Position numbers and translations under genes: made by a program. Below the pieces are notes generated by a model. It had not been told where the DNA came from. It saw only the letters and a list, made by a program, of their open reading frames with translations, and ran no database searches. A stretch of DNA of 64,000 nucleotides from an uncultured delta proteobacterium (GTDB taxonomy: Bacteria; Desulfobacterota; Binatia; UBA9968), in assembly GCA_963727625.1 (NCBI GenBank), contig CAVSHR010000004.1, positions 32,001 to 96,000 of the forward strand, written 5' to 3'. Below are positions 38,566 to 48,964 of this stretch, piece after piece. Within the stretch, counting starts at the first letter, position 1. Each line of letters opens with the position of its first letter.

Positions 38566-39390
38566 TTACGGAAACTTGGACCTAAGCACATGACGAGCGT
38601 AGACGTCGGTGCGGCGGTTTTGCAGCAGCGGTAATTTTTTCCGCGTCTCGCGCACCAAGTTCAAATCGAACTCTACGACTGTTACGTGTTCTTTTTCGCC
38701 GAGTTCGACCAGAACCCGGCCGAGCGGATCTACCACCATGCTGTGGCCGATGTAGATATTGCCGGTTTGATCGGGGGCGATGACGTAGCAGCCGTTTTCC
38801 AGAGCTCGGGCCTTGATCATGGTTTGCCAATGGTCGATTTTGAGATCCCCCGCCACCCAACCGGATGGCGCCAGCAAGAGATCGGCGCCTTGAAGCGCCA
38901 GCAGGCGTGCCATTTCGGGAAAGCGCAGGTCGTAGCAGATCATCATGCCGATCCGGTTGTCTCCTAAGCTAACCAGCGGCGCGAGATCGGCGCCCGGTTG
39001 GAATTTATCTGACTCTTTAAATCCGAAGGCATCGTAGAGATGCAATTTCCGATAGACCGTGGCGATCGTTCCCATCGCATCGATATAGACCGCGGTATCG
39101 AACACTCTATATGGCGCTGGGGAAGTTTCATAAAGCGTCGCCAAAACGCTGATGCCGGCGAACTTAGCGGCATCGCACAGCGCCGAGACAAACGGGCCGT
39201 CTAACGATTCAGCGATCTCCGCCAACTCCGCGGCGCTTTGGCTCGGGGGTGAAAACGCCATCAAAAATTCCGGAAAGGCGATCAGCTCGCCGCCTTTGGC
39301 CTTGGCTTCATGGATCAATTCGTTGGCGCGGCTGAGATTTTCTTTTTTCCTAGTGGATGAGGCGATTTGAGCGAGAGCGATTCTGTTCAT
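38566..39390 (-). CDS. Carbon-nitrogen hydrolase (Nit1/deaminated glutathione amidase-like)
   Basis: FPE, YRKLHLYD and ICYDLRFPE catalytic triad; ARALEN. Confidence 0.9.
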   Translation of the reverse strand: MNRIALAQIASSTRKKENLSRANELIHEAKAKGGELIAFPEFLMAFSPPSQSAAELAEIAESLDGPFVSALCDAAKFAGISVLATLYETSPAPYRVFDTAVYIDAMGTIATVYRKLHLYDAFGFKESDKFQPGADLAPLVSLGDNRIGMMICYDLRFPEMARLLALQGADLLLAPSGWVAGDLKIDHWQTMIKARALENGCYVIAPDQTGNIYIGHSMVVDPLGRVLVELGEKEHVTVVEFDLNLVRETRKKLPLLQNRRTDVYARHVLRSKFP

Positions 39391-39597
39391 CGGCTTTCGA
39401 TTCCCACATAATAAGCCAGCGCGATATTGCGACTGGAATAAATTTCTCACCCACGCTATCCAAGGATGTAACGCGCGTCAACCGTCATGGCGGTGTTCGG
39501 CATGACGGGCGTCGGGAAATCGTTTTCGACGACTGTTGTCAAGGGTTTTTGTCGGCCGGAATCTCGCAGCTGATCGCGCTGCAAGGCACAACATCGC

Positions 39598-40317
39598 ATG
39601 CCGTTACCCGAGGTCACCCCCCCGACTGCAACGTCTCGCCTTAGCTAACGTCTGCTTGGGTCAGTTCTTGAGCGCGCTGGACTCGCGCTCGGTCAATGTC
39701 GCGCTGCCGACGTTGTCGGTCTATTTCAACGCATCGATGGCATACGTCCAGTGGATCCCCTCGCCTATCAATTGACGATCGTGGGCCTGGTGCTGAGTAT
39801 GGCGCGACTCGGCGACATGCTCGGCCGCAAACGGATCTACTCCTGGGGATTCGTCCTCCTTGGCGTCGGCTCGGTATGCTGCGGTTTGAGTGCGCAACTA
39901 TGGCAAATCATCGGCTTTCGGGTGATCGAAGCGGTTGGCGGTGCCTTGGTTTTGGCCAACGGCCGGGCCATCGCCTCGGCACTTTACGCTCAAGAGGGCC
40001 TCGGGCGGGCGCTCGGCATGATGTCGATGTCGTTTCACCTGGGTTATATCACCGGGCCGTCGGTGGGCGGCTTGTCTTTGACCTCGGCAAACGTCGCCAA
40101 TGCCATGGGCGTGGCGGTGGGCAGCGTGCTGTTTCTTCGCTGGCTTAAGTTCCACGGCTTAGCCGACGCCGTCGTGCCGCCCTATACCGAGTGGGGAGCA
40201 GCGCCGGAAATCTTCATTCGGTCTTTTCAGCATTCCTGGCACGTCATCGCGACGCTGGCGGCGATTGCGATCATCACCTCGGCGATGCGCGGAAAGGATC
40301 GGCGAGATAAAAATTAA
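39598..40317 (+). pseudogene. DHA2 (EmrB/QacA-like) MFS transporter, frameshifted and internally deleted
   Basis: ALDSRSVNVALP, frameshift near 39760, RLGDMLGRKR, then GPSVGGL joined directly to terminal helices. Only about 240 codons remain. Confidence 0.75.
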
Positions 40318-40376
40318 AAAGGCTTGGACCTGGAATATGGGAGGGGGGGCACCCCAAAACTCAAGTACACTAAATT

Positions 40377-41432
40377 TCAGTATTCGAGCGACAGGCCAGA
40401 TTTTTTCTTTTTGACGTTGTCGAGAACTTTCGCGCCGAGCGCCACGTCCGCTACGCCTTGGCCGGCGTTATTCTTGTAAAAAGTGATTTGCTCCGCTTTG
40501 GTGCGACCCTCTTTATCGCCGGCAAGAATCGCGCCGATTTCGATCAACTGCTCCCACTGGATCACGCCGCGCTGGACCGGATCGAAAATATCCGCCTGCT
40601 CGTCTTGCAGCGCTTGCTGGACTGAGACAATGCCGTGGACATCGCTGCGCGCCAGCGTGGCGTCGTCGGTTTCGCGCCGCTTGGCGGCGGTGAAGCCGCC
40701 CTTGACCAGACCGACGTTGCTGCCGACGATGGTCGTGACATGCTGGCCGGACTTGAGCCAATTGCCGTCGAATACCGGCACGCTGGAATTGGTCGCGGTC
40801 AAAATAATATCGACGCCGCGCACGGCTTCTTCGGCGGACGTCGCCGGCGTGATATTGAGGTTGGTGATCGGCCCCATTTCTTCGACAAACTTTCTGCGGT
40901 TTTCGGGATTGCGGCTATAGACTTTGACATGTGTGAGCTTGCGTACCTGCATGAGCGCGAGCAGATGATTTTTTGCCTGGCCGGCGGCGCCGAACAGGCC
41001 GACACTGGTGGCGTCGGGACGGGCGAGCAGGTCGGTGCCGACAGCGCTGGTGGCCGCCGTGCGTAATCCGGTGACCGCGACGTTGTTCGGCAGCTCGCTG
41101 CAGGTGATCTCGCCGACGATGATGCCTTTGAGCTCGCCTTCAGCGGCGTCGTAGAGCACGATCACCGGATGGTTGAGACGCGGGTAGACCTGCTCCTCGG
41201 CCATCGGTTTGACCCATTCGCAGTGGGTCATCAAGCCGGTCGCTTTGGCCGCGGGCACGCCGCCCTGATGCACGCTCACGCGCACGCCGGTGGGAATATG
41301 AATTCGGCGCCGCGGCGCGTTGAGCTGACTATTTTCGCCCCATTCGCGAAAGCCCAAACGAACGGCTTCCACGGCCTCCGACATGGTGACGATACCGCGA
41401 ATTTCCTGGGGGCTGACGAGTAGTGGCTGCAT
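40377..41432 (-). CDS. Ornithine cyclodeaminase/mu-crystallin family protein
   Basis: TGLRTAATSA, GAAGQA and G.G..D motifs. Confidence 0.88.
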   Translation of the reverse strand: MQPLLVSPQEIRGIVTMSEAVEAVRLGFREWGENSQLNAPRRRIHIPTGVRVSVHQGGVPAAKATGLMTHCEWVKPMAEEQVYPRLNHPVIVLYDAAEGELKGIIVGEITCSELPNNVAVTGLRTAATSAVGTDLLARPDATSVGLFGAAGQAKNHLLALMQVRKLTHVKVYSRNPENRRKFVEEMGPITNLNITPATSAEEAVRGVDIILTATNSSVPVFDGNWLKSGQHVTTIVGSNVGLVKGGFTAAKRRETDDATLARSDVHGIVSVQQALQDEQADIFDPVQRGVIQWEQLIEIGAILAGDKEGRTKAEQITFYKNNAGQGVADVALGAKVLDNVKKKKSGLSLEY

Positions 41433-41463
41433 GGTCGTACCTCGCTGTTTTTCGATTTTGTCG

Positions 41464-42027
41464 CTAAATCGTCGGCGCGACCCGAGAGCGGGCAATGAGA
41501 TCTTTTCCCCAGCGCTTCACGTTAGGCAATCGATCGTCGATCACCACATGGTAGCGTTCGCGCCGGGTGTAAAATGGAATAAACGTCACGTCCGCCAACG
41601 AGAAATCGCCGACGATAAATTTTTTACCGGCCATTTCCTTATCCAGGGTGTCGAGATACTGGCTCATCCGTTCTCGCGCCTTGTCCGGCTCGCGGTTATG
41701 CGCCAGGTCGGAAGCCGCCGGATGAATTCGCGTGTTAAAGAAATCGACCCAGATCCGCACTTTGGAGCGCAGCAAAAGATCGGATGGTATGAGCGGGTTC
41801 TCGGGAAACTTTTCTTCGAGGTATTCGTTGATGATCGCCGACTCGTAAATCACGCCCTCGCCATCGACCAGCACCGGCACTTTGCCGTAGGGGTTGTTTT
41901 GTACCAGGTCGCTGGGTTTGTTTTTCAGATCGACTTCGATAAGTTCATAGGGAATTTTCTTTTCCGCGAGGACAATCCTTGTCCTGTGTGCGTAAGGTCA
42001 GGTGTGGCAGGAATACAGTTTCAGCAT
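41464..42027 (-). CDS. Glutathione S-transferase family selenoprotein (CxxU-PY)
   Basis: GGAGG RBS, then ATG 42027 reads MLKLYSCHT, TGA (41998-42000), PYAHRTRIVLAEKKIPYE...NPYGKVPVL...ESAIINEYL in frame with ORF 41464-41880. SECIS-like hairpin at 41969-41985. Confidence 0.88.
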
Positions 42028-42095
42028 CAAACTTTCCTCCTTGTGAAAAGTTTAACTATCACCGGTAACGGAATTAGACAATGATGGACTGCGGA

Positions 42096-42187
42096 GTTCA
42101 AATTGTTCAAGCCGTTCAATGGTTCAAGTCGTCAATAAGAACTCCGAATAAGGATTGAACGTTTGGAACTTTTTAAACGGCTTGAAC
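42096..42187. repeat. Palindromic 9-bp GTTCAA/TTGAAC array
   Basis: GTTCAA at 42096, 42105, 42114 and 42122; TTGAAC-like units at 42155, 42164, 42173 and 42182. Confidence 0.8.
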
Positions 42188-42200
42188 AAGCCCATGGCGG

Positions 42201-43007
42201 CTACTGGTTTCGGTTTCCCAGCAGTTCTTGCAGCGCGTCCCCGACCAGATTGAGCGCGAGCACTGTAATCATGAGAGCCAGGCCGGGATAGGTCGTCAGA
42301 TGCGGCGCCACCAAGAGAAACTGCCGGCCATCGTTGAGCATGGAGCCCCAAGAGGGCGTCGGCGGCTCGACGCCCAAGCCGAGAAAGCTTAGGCTGCCTT
42401 CGGCGACGATTGCCGCCGCTAAACCGAAGGTGGATTGGATCAGTAGCGGCGGCAGCAGATTGGGCAGCAAGTGGCGCCAGATAATATTCCTCGGCGGGCA
42501 TCCCAGGGCGCGCGCTGCCTGGACAAACTCCCGTTCTCGCAGCGCTAAAATCTCGCCGCGCACCAGACGGGCGTAACCGGTCCAGCCGATGATGCAGAGC
42601 GCCAAGATCACATGGTCTAAACCCGGACCGAGCACCGCGGTCATGGCGACGGCGAGCAGGATGCCAGGAAACGCCATCAAGATATCGACCAGGCGCATGA
42701 GCAAGAGATCGGGCCAGCCGCCGAACAAGCCCGTTAACGAGCCGACGAGCACGCCGATCGTCAGCGAGATCGCCACGGTGGCAATTCCGGTCATCAGAGA
42801 AACGCGGCCGCCGTAGATCGTCCGGCTCAAAATATCGCGGCCGAGCTTGTCGGTGCCGAGCGGGTGGTCGCTCGAGTAGGCGATCAAATCCTGGTCTAGA
42901 TTTTGGCGCAGCGGATCGTGCGGCGCCAGGGAGGGCGCAAAGAGCGCGGCGAGAGCGAGGAGCGCGAGAATCGCCATTCCGGCGTAAAAAGCTGCTCTAG
43001 TCGCCAT
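42201..43007 (-). CDS. Peptide/nickel ABC transporter permease (DppC-like)
   Basis: LGTDKLGRD and EFVQAARALG (EAA) motifs. Confidence 0.92.
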   Translation of the reverse strand: MATRAAFYAGMAILALLALAALFAPSLAPHDPLRQNLDQDLIAYSSDHPLGTDKLGRDILSRTIYGGRVSLMTGIATVAISLTIGVLVGSLTGLFGGWPDLLLMRLVDILMAFPGILLAVAMTAVLGPGLDHVILALCIIGWTGYARLVRGEILALREREFVQAARALGCPPRNIIWRHLLPNLLPPLLIQSTFGLAAAIVAEGSLSFLGLGVEPPTPSWGSMLNDGRQFLLVAPHLTTYPGLALMITVLALNLVGDALQELLGNRNQ

Positions 43008-43920
43008 AACTCACGCGCGGATCGACGAGCTTGTAGAGCAGGTCGGTGGTAAAATTGATCAGGACGTATGCCGTTGCGATCACCAGCACGCAACCTTGCA
43101 CCAGGGGATAATCGCGGGTCTGGATCGCCTGAATCGTCAATCGGCCGATGCCGGGCCAACTGAAAATCGTTTCCGTAATCAGCGAACCGGCCAGCAGGCC
43201 GCCGAATTGCAGGCTCATGATCGTGATGACTGAAAGCAGGGCGTTGCGCAGCACATGTTTCAACCAAATCTGTCGCTCGCGCAGGCCTTTGGCACGCGCG
43301 GTTTGAACATAATCTTGATGGATCACTTGCAGCAGATTGGCCCGTAAAATGCGCACCAGGATGGCCGCCATGCCCAAGCCCAAGGTAGCTGCCGGAAGCA
43401 AGAGATGGCTTAAGCCGCCTCGACCTGACACCGGCGTCCAGCCGAGCTGAATTGAAAAGACGATCATCAGCAAAGGCCCGAGCCAAAAATTCGGCAGCGA
43501 GAGACCGAGCAGAGAAAACAGCAGCGCCGAGCGGTCGAGCCAGCCGCCGGGCCGGATGGCGGCCAGAATGGCCAGCGGAAAAGAAATCATTAGCGCCGCC
43601 AGCATGGCGCTCAGCGCGAGTTCCAACGTCGCCGGCAGGCGGGCGCCGACGATCTCTGCCACGTCGGCCGGTTCGTAGAGCGAACGGCCAAGATCGCCTG
43701 CTGCTAGGTTAGTCAAGAAAGCGCGATATTGGGTTGCCAAGGGCCGGTCAAATCCCAGGTTTTTGCGCAACGCTTCCCTATCGGCGGCATTAGCGGTCTC
43801 GCCGAGCATGACGTCGACCGGATCGCCGGGAATCAAATGGATCAGGACGAACACCAACGACAGCGCGCCGAGCAGCGTGGGCAGAAGCAGGAGCGAGCGT
43901 TGGAGCAAATATCGCTTCAC
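42997..43920 (-). CDS. Peptide/nickel ABC transporter permease (DppB-like)
   Basis: PGDP, TARAKGL, ETIFSWPGIG and RDYPLVQG motifs. Confidence 0.92.
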   Translation of the reverse strand: MKRYLLQRSLLLLPTLLGALSLVFVLIHLIPGDPVDVMLGETANAADREALRKNLGFDRPLATQYRAFLTNLAAGDLGRSLYEPADVAEIVGARLPATLELALSAMLAALMISFPLAILAAIRPGGWLDRSALLFSLLGLSLPNFWLGPLLMIVFSIQLGWTPVSGRGGLSHLLLPAATLGLGMAAILVRILRANLLQVIHQDYVQTARAKGLRERQIWLKHVLRNALLSVITIMSLQFGGLLAGSLITETIFSWPGIGRLTIQAIQTRDYPLVQGCVLVIATAYVLINFTTDLLYKLVDPRVSYGD

Positions 43921-43929
43921 TTTGTGCGC

Positions 43930-45585
43930 TTAGCCAAGGCGGGCTTTTTTTAGCGAGATCAGCTCGCCGTCCGGATAGGCGACAAAACCGCGCAGCCGCG
44001 GAGTTTTCACGATGACGTTTTTCCACCACCAGAGCGGCAGATAAGGCAGGTCGTCGGCGAGAATGCTTTGCACTTCGCGGTAGATCGCGCGGCGCGCGGC
44101 GCGGTCCATGGTTGTCCGCCCGCGTTCCAATAATCGATCGATGGCGCGGTTGCTGTAACGCCCGCGGTTGTCGCCGTTGGGCGGCACGCTGGCCGAGTGA
44201 AAAAGCTGATAGAGAATATCAGGATCCCGGATGCCGACCCAGGCCAGGGAATAAAGGTGGAAATTACCGTTTCTCACGTCACTGAAGAACGTTGCCCATT
44301 CGTAGCTGCGCACTTGGAGCTCGATGCCGACCTGCTGTAATTTATCCTTGAGCGCTTCGGCGATGCGGCGGCGCAAATCGATATTGGTGGTCTTAAACGA
44401 TAAATGAAAGCGTGGCAGCGGACCGTCGCCGTCGGGATCGGGGAAGCCGGCTTCGTCGAGGAGCCGCTTGGCCCGCTCGGGATCGTAGGGCCAGTGGCGA
44501 AGACCGTCGGCGTAGGCCCAGTTGAGCGGCGAAAGCACGCTATCGGCAGCGGTTGCGGTGTTCTTGAGCAGATGTCGAATCATGGCGTCGCGGTCGATGG
44601 CATAAGCCAGAGCTTGGCGAACTTTGCGCTCCCGCAAAATCGGGTGAGTGAGGTTGATGCCGATGTACTGGAAGGTCGTGCCCTGATGAGTCTCGATGGT
44701 GGCCGCTGTTTTAGCTTTGAGCCAAGGCAGCATGTCGGGCTCGATGTCGTTTTGCATGAAATCGATGGAGCCTTTTTTAAATTCGAGCGCGCGCACCATG
44801 GCGTCGGGCACGATCTTGAAGACAATTCCGGGTAGCGCCGGACGGCCTTCCCAATAATCAGGATTGGCTTTGAGTGTGACCTTTTCACCGGACTCGACCG
44901 TTTCGAGTCTGAACGGTCCGGAGCCGGGCGGCGATCGCGGCTTGGCGCCCAGGACTGTTCTCGCGCCGGCCGGCACGATACCCAGCGTAAACTGCTCGAC
45001 GAAAGGCGCATGGGCGGCGTTCAAATGAAAGCGCAGTTGATGGCGGCCGGTCTGCTCGACAGATTGCAGCGGTCTCAACACGCCGCTCAAGGGCGATCGA
45101 TAGCTCGGATTCAAGATCGATTCATAGGTGAATTTCACATCGGCTGCGGTGAGCGGGGGCCCATTGTGGAATTTAACGTCCTTGCGCAGATTGAAGAGAA
45201 AGTTGCGATCGTCGAGCTGGCGCCAATCTTCGGCCAGCTCCGGCTGCAAGCGTCCATGCGCGTCGGCGCGTAACAGCGAATTGTAAATCAGATTGCCGAT
45301 GCGCACCGAGTTGGCATCGGTGGCGTAGCGCGGATCGATCTGCAGAGGATTGCTTTCGATGCCAACGACCAAGTAACCCGGCGGACGGTCGCCCGTCGGT
45401 CCTTGGCAGCCGAGAAGGAGCGCTAAAATCACCATGCCGGCGGAGAGATTTTCAAAATGGATGGGGGGGGGCAAGCCAATTCTCACGAAGGAATTTTGAC
45501 TGAAAATAGCCTGTTTGTTATGATCGGTCAAATTTTTTGCCTGCGCCTTGGAGAACGATGTGGAATTTTGGCGGCCGATATTCAC
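43930..45585 (-). CDS. Peptide ABC transporter substrate-binding protein, family 5 (true start probably near 45435-45486)
   Basis: LLGC lipobox-like; P.LAE.W, F.LRKDVKFHNG..LTA.DV and GSGPF motifs. Confidence 0.9.
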   Translation of the reverse strand: MNIGRQNSTSFSKAQAKNLTDHNKQAIFSQNSFVRIGLPPPIHFENLSAGMVILALLLGCQGPTGDRPPGYLVVGIESNPLQIDPRYATDANSVRIGNLIYNSLLRADAHGRLQPELAEDWRQLDDRNFLFNLRKDVKFHNGPPLTAADVKFTYESILNPSYRSPLSGVLRPLQSVEQTGRHQLRFHLNAAHAPFVEQFTLGIVPAGARTVLGAKPRSPPGSGPFRLETVESGEKVTLKANPDYWEGRPALPGIVFKIVPDAMVRALEFKKGSIDFMQNDIEPDMLPWLKAKTAATIETHQGTTFQYIGINLTHPILRERKVRQALAYAIDRDAMIRHLLKNTATAADSVLSPLNWAYADGLRHWPYDPERAKRLLDEAGFPDPDGDGPLPRFHLSFKTTNIDLRRRIAEALKDKLQQVGIELQVRSYEWATFFSDVRNGNFHLYSLAWVGIRDPDILYQLFHSASVPPNGDNRGRYSNRAIDRLLERGRTTMDRAARRAIYREVQSILADDLPYLPLWWWKNVIVKTPRLRGFVAYPDGELISLKKARLG

Positions 45586-45916
45586 CTGCTACGGTTACAC
45601 GGCATGGTGCGGTTCTTTCCGGTGGATCCCGGCATGACCTGCAAAGTCGCGCGCTGATCGAGTTGGCCGATGGCGCTTTCAGTTTATCGTTCCCGCACGG
45701 CAGGAATTCTTCGCGGCATCAAGAAACTGGCCGTCGGGTATGCGAAATCGACGGTCAAATCGCCGGCCCCAGCCATGAACACAGTGATTAAGACGAATGT
45801 GTGATAAATAAATTGTTCGGTTTGAGCCGTGTCGCTCAGTGGTTTCGCAATCATTGGATGCAAGCGTGGGAAGGCGGTCAGCCGCATAGCTTGAAGGCGG
45901 TCGGGGTTAGCTTATA

Positions 45917-46750
45917 ATGACCTCTGATCTTATGGATGCAATCCTGTTAAAGGTAACCACCGCGGCGTATCTGGTTGCGGCCGTGAGCTTCTTTTTTTTC
46001 CTGTTTCGCGGCGAGGCGGCGGCGCGTTTGCCGACGGTGTTGCTGCTTTTTGCTTTTGTCGTCCATGGCTTCGTACTGACCAGTCGTTATTTTCAGGAGG
46101 GTTTCGCCGCGGTGGCGGTGATGGGCGACGCGCTGTTGTTCAACAGCTGGATGATGGTTGGCGTCTATCTGCTGGTCCAACTCAAATATCGGTTGACGAT
46201 TTTGGGCGGAATAATCGCGCCGCTTGCTTTTCTGATGACCTTTGCGGCGCTGGCCGTAGGAATTGCGGTCGGTGACATTCCGCCGGCGCTGCAAACTTTC
46301 TGGCTGCCGTTGCATGTGACATTGGCGTTTTTGGGCAACGCAGTCTTCGCGCTGGCTTTCGGCGTGAGCCTTATTTACCTGCTTCAAGAGCGCCACCTCA
46401 AGCATAAGAAAATGACCGCGCTGATGAAGCGCTTTCCGCCTTTGGAGTCCTTGGACCGGCTCAACTACATGCTCCTGGTTTGGGGCTTCCCGTTGATGAC
46501 TTTGGGTATACTGACCGGAAGTCTGTGGGCCGGCATTCATTGGGGCCACTACTGGTCCTGGGATCCGCGGCAGATTTCCTCGGGCATCGCCTGGCTGTTT
46601 TACGGCGCGCTGCTGCACGGCCGGATCACCGCGGGCTTACGCGGCAAAAAGGCGGCGCTCCTCACCATGTTCGGTTTCTGCGTGGTCATCGGATATTTTC
46701 TCTGGGGAGACGCGATCTTCCCCAGCCGGCATGGGGGCCGGTTCGAATAG
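45917..46750 (+). CDS. ccsA: Cytochrome c biogenesis protein CcsA/HemX-like
   Basis: WWD domain GSLWAGIHWGHYWSWDPR; multiple TM helices. Confidence 0.85.
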   Translation: MTSDLMDAILLKVTTAAYLVAAVSFFFFLFRGEAAARLPTVLLLFAFVVHGFVLTSRYFQEGFAAVAVMGDALLFNSWMMVGVYLLVQLKYRLTILGGIIAPLAFLMTFAALAVGIAVGDIPPALQTFWLPLHVTLAFLGNAVFALAFGVSLIYLLQERHLKHKKMTALMKRFPPLESLDRLNYMLLVWGFPLMTLGILTGSLWAGIHWGHYWSWDPRQISSGIAWLFYGALLHGRITAGLRGKKAALLTMFGFCVVIGYFLWGDAIFPSRHGGRFE

Positions 46751-46753
46751 CAC

Positions 46754-48040
46754 GTGCAAAACGATATCGTCATCGTCGGTCTCAATCACCGTAGCGCTCC
46801 CATCGAAGTGCGCGAAAGTGTAGCCATTGAAAATTCCTATGTCCGCGATGCGCTGGCGCAATTGCGCGCCTATCCGAACATTCACGAAGGGGTGATATTG
46901 TCGACCTGCAACCGCGTCGAAGTGGTCGCGACGGCGCCCGACGGCGCCTCGGCGTTCAACGACATTAGGCGCTTTATCAGCGAGCAAAAGGCGCAGGGAC
47001 ACAGCGCGCCGCTGGACAATCATGTTTACGCCTATCGGGGCGCCGACGCGGTGCGGCACCTGTTTCGCGTCGCCGCAAGCCTCGACTCGATGGTCGTCGG
47101 CGAGCCGCAAATACTCGGCCAGTTGAAGGAACATTACGATGCGGCGCAGCAAGCCGGGACGGTGGGCGCGATACTCCATCGGCTGTTTCATCGTGCCTTT
47201 TCGGTGGCCAAGCGGGTGCGCAGCGAAACCGGCATCGGCGGCGGCGCGGTGTCGGTGAGCTCGGTGGCGGTGGATCTTGCCAAGCGCATCTTCGACCGAT
47301 TCGACGACAAGACGGTCATGCTGATCGGCGCCGGCAAGATGGGCGATTTGATGGCGCGCCACCTGCAGCGGCACGGCGTGCACAGCTTGATGGTGACCAA
47401 TCGCACTTTCGAAGGTGCGGTCGCCCTCGCGGAAAAGATTCAGGGCAGTCCGATTCGCTTCGACGATTTTCCTCGCTATCTCAAGATCGCTGATCTGGTC
47501 ATCGGGTGCGCGGCGGCGCCCGAAGTGCTGGTCGACGCCGCTACCGTCGAGCGGGTTCTGCGCGAGCGCAAACAAAAGGCGATGTTCTTCATCGATATCG
47601 GCGACCGGCGCAATTTCGACGCCAAGATCAACGATCTTGACAACGTCTACCTTTACAACATCGACGATCTCAAAAGCGTCGCGGAAGACAACTTGCAGGA
47701 ACGCTCCAACGAAGCGGCAAAAGCTGAAGAGATCGTTCAGGAAGAGGTGCAGAGTTTCGAGCGCTGGCTGGGATCACTGGAGCAGGTGCCGACGATAACC
47801 GCGCTGCGCCGGAGGTTTGAAGATATCCGCCGGGCCGAAATCGAAAAATCGCTCGGCGGTGGTCTCAAGGATCTCAACGAGCAGCAGCGCGCCGCCTTGG
47901 ACGATTTGACCACGGCGATGATCAACAAGTTGCTCCATGGGCCGATTTCCCAGATCAAAAAAAAATCCACCGACGACGGTGACGACCCCGCCCTTTATAT
48001 TACAACTTTGAAGAGACTTTTCGGGTTGGAGGGAAAATGA
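46754..48040 (+). CDS. hemA: Glutamyl-tRNA reductase
   Basis: STCNRVE, SLDSMVVGEPQILGQ and GAGKMG motifs. Confidence 0.97.
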   Translation: MQNDIVIVGLNHRSAPIEVRESVAIENSYVRDALAQLRAYPNIHEGVILSTCNRVEVVATAPDGASAFNDIRRFISEQKAQGHSAPLDNHVYAYRGADAVRHLFRVAASLDSMVVGEPQILGQLKEHYDAAQQAGTVGAILHRLFHRAFSVAKRVRSETGIGGGAVSVSSVAVDLAKRIFDRFDDKTVMLIGAGKMGDLMARHLQRHGVHSLMVTNRTFEGAVALAEKIQGSPIRFDDFPRYLKIADLVIGCAAAPEVLVDAATVERVLRERKQKAMFFIDIGDRRNFDAKINDLDNVYLYNIDDLKSVAEDNLQERSNEAAKAEEIVQEEVQSFERWLGSLEQVPTITALRRRFEDIRRAEIEKSLGGGLKDLNEQQRAALDDLTTAMINKLLHGPISQIKKKSTDDGDDPALYITTLKRLFGLEGK

Positions 48041-48948
48041 CACGCATCCGCGTCGGCACGCGCGGCAGCCGGCTGGCACTGGCCCAGGCGAACTGGGTCA
48101 AAACATGCCTCATCTCGCATGAACCCCAGCTCACCGTTGAACTTTGCATCATCAAGACCAGCGGTGACCGATTTGTCGATGCGCCGATCCCAAACATCGG
48201 CGGCAAGGGCGTGTTTACGAAAGAAATCGAAGAGGCTCTGTTGCAAAACGAGATCGACATCGCGGTGCATTCGATGAAGGATCTGCCGACACAAGTGCCG
48301 AACGGTTTGGCGATCGTCGCGGTGCCCGAAAGGGAAGATCCGCGCGATGTTTTGGTGACCAGTACCAAGAAGCCGCTCGGTAAGTTGGCGCCCGGCGCAA
48401 CGCTCGGCACCGGAAGCCTGCGGCGCCGGGCCCAGTTGCTGAATTTTCGTGCCGATTTGGTGATCCAGCCGATCCGCGGCAACGTCGATACGCGGTTGCG
48501 AAAGCTCGATGAAGGGCAAGTCGATGGGCTAGTGATGGCGGCGGCGGGTCTCAAACGTATCGGATGCCCGGAGCGGATCGGCGAGTTTCTCGCCGACGAT
48601 ATTTGCTTGAGCGCAGCGGCCCAAGGGGCCATTGGCATCGAATCGCGCAACGACGACAGCTTTCGCCGGCAGCTGGCGTTTTTACACGACGAAGCCACGT
48701 ACATGGAAGTCAGCGCCGAGCGCGCTCTTTTGGATCGACTCGGTGGCGGTTGTCATGTGCCCATCGGCGCACGCGCGCAGATCGTTTCCGGCGAGCTAAA
48801 GATGACCGCCGCGGTGGTGAGTAGCGACGGCAGCCGCCTGTGTCGCGGTCACATCATTGGCGCGGCCGAAAAAGCCGTAGAATTAGGACGCCGTTTGGCA
48901 GAGCAATTATTAATCCAGGGCGCGGATCGGTTGCTCGCTTCCGCGTGA
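48037..48948 (+). CDS. hemC: Hydroxymethylbilane synthase
   Basis: GTRGS.LA, VHSMKD, RGNVDTR and GGCHVP motifs. Confidence 0.97.
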   Translation: MTRIRVGTRGSRLALAQANWVKTCLISHEPQLTVELCIIKTSGDRFVDAPIPNIGGKGVFTKEIEEALLQNEIDIAVHSMKDLPTQVPNGLAIVAVPEREDPRDVLVTSTKKPLGKLAPGATLGTGSLRRRAQLLNFRADLVIQPIRGNVDTRLRKLDEGQVDGLVMAAAGLKRIGCPERIGEFLADDICLSAAAQGAIGIESRNDDSFRRQLAFLHDEATYMEVSAERALLDRLGGGCHVPIGARAQIVSGELKMTAAVVSSDGSRLCRGHIIGAAEKAVELGRRLAEQLLIQGADRLLASA

Positions 48949-48964
48949 CATTGGGATCGGAATC

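Noticed and set aside
41464-41880. 138-aa GST fragment treated as a pseudogene
   Set aside because: The upstream frame is intact, with an RBS and a single TGA at the catalytic site followed by a SECIS-like hairpin.
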